Source: a virus
Reading direction: 5' to 3' (one strand)
Length of the DNA: 64,000 nt
IMG/VR virus record: IMGVR_UViG_3300009132_000005
Coordinates: 3,530 to 67,529 of that record
Shown here piece by piece: positions 63,320 to 64,000 of the stretch. The position numbers and the translations under genes were made by a program. The notes under the pieces were generated by a model. It worked only from the letters and a program-made list of their open reading frames with translations. It searched no databases and was not told the DNA's origin. Numbering within the stretch: position 1 is the first letter of the stretch; each line of letters starts with the position of its first letter.

Positions 63320-63455
63320 TTGGGAATTAAGCTTTGGCTTATTTACAGGATTTTTATTTGGATATAGAAACTATCCAGATGTAGATAATAATAAAATAGA
63401 TCACGTGTTTTACGTGTTTATATTTGACATTTGTTTAACTTTACAACTTGATTAA
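63309..63455 (+). CDS. Small hydrophobic protein (48 aa)
   Basis: MENNWELSFGLFTGFLFGYRNY...HVFYVFIFDICLTLQLD*. Fills the gap. Confidence 0.55.
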   Translation: MENNWELSFGLFTGFLFGYRNYPDVDNNKIDHVFYVFIFDICLTLQLD

Positions 63456-63456
63456 T

Positions 63457-64000
63457 ATGGCAGCACCTATATTTACACCTCGTATACCATACAAACCTTT
63501 TGAGTACCCTGAGTATTATACTGAGGGTTGGTTGAAACAAGCTCAAGCTTTTTGGTTACATACCGAAATACCAATGTCAGGCGATGTTAAAGACTGGAAC
63601 GAAAAGTTAACACCAGAAGAAAAAAACCTAGTAGGTAATATACTATTAGGTTTTGCACAAACTGAGTGTGCAGTATCTGACTATTGGACTCAGAAAGTCG
63701 TATCATGGTTTCCAAAACATGAGATACAGCAAATGGCTATGATGTTCGGCTCACAAGAAACAATACACGCTGTAGCTTATAGTTATTTAAATGAAACACT
63801 TGGACTCGAAGACTATGAAGCGTTTTTGCATGAGCCAGCTACGGCTGCTCGTTTTGACAATCTCGTTGCATATGATGGCGACGATCCCGTCGGTATTGGA
63901 AAGTCATTGGCTGTTTTTTCTGCTTTCGCAGAAGGAGTATCTTTATATAGTGCTTTTGCAGTTCTTTATTCTTTTCAAATGCGTAATTTACTTAAAGGTA
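63457..64000 (+). CDS. nrdB: Ribonucleotide reductase class I beta subunit, 3'-truncated
   Basis: YKPFEYP, FWLHTEIPM..DVKDW, FAQTECAV, QETIHAVAYS, AEGVSLYSAF. Confidence 0.92.
   Translation, partial: MAAPIFTPRIPYKPFEYPEYYTEGWLKQAQAFWLHTEIPMSGDVKDWNEKLTPEEKNLVGNILLGFAQTECAVSDYWTQKVVSWFPKHEIQQMAMMFGSQETIHAVAYSYLNETLGLEDYEAFLHEPATAARFDNLVAYDGDDPVGIGKSLAVFSAFAEGVSLYSAFAVLYSFQMRNLLKG

Noticed and set aside
1-64000. Stop-codon reassignment as in some crAss-like phages
   Set aside because: Genes are full length and densely packed under the standard code, and no suppressor tRNA was seen.
1-64000. Prophage or host chromosomal segment (because of groEL, sigma factor and glycosyltransferases)
   Set aside because: No integrase, repressor or host housekeeping synteny seen. 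These genes are divergent and embedded in phage operons.

Overview
AT-rich 64 kb segment of a lytic-type, podovirus-like tailed phage, most probably infecting marine Bacteroidota/Flavobacteriia. The host is inferred from the absence of Shine-Dalgarno sites, A-rich leaders and gene content. Minus strand 1.6-48.7 kb: lysis/membrane genes, a 2819-aa internal virion protein with HExxH and HAD domains, tail proteins, major capsid protein, scaffold, portal, terminase, fibres, holin and GroEL/GroES. Plus strand from 49.2 kb: small early genes, tRNA-Met, ligase, sigma factor, ERF/RecE-type recombination, primase-helicase, a dCMP-hydroxymethylase-type enzyme, MazG and RNR beta. A cupin and two glycosyltransferases sit at the left edge. 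Best candidates for undescribed biology: (1) two Thr-dominated, 60-aa-period, N-x-T/S-packed fibre-like proteins interleaved with a KPHP glycosyltransferase and a methyltransferase; (2) two ~100-nt tRNA mimics, one tmRNA-like with G3:U70, plus an adjacent ~180-nt structured RNA; (3) a probable modified-cytosine pathway; (4) a six-copy early promoter motif and a two-copy TGACA/TGTCA element. All calls are by eye, without database searches.
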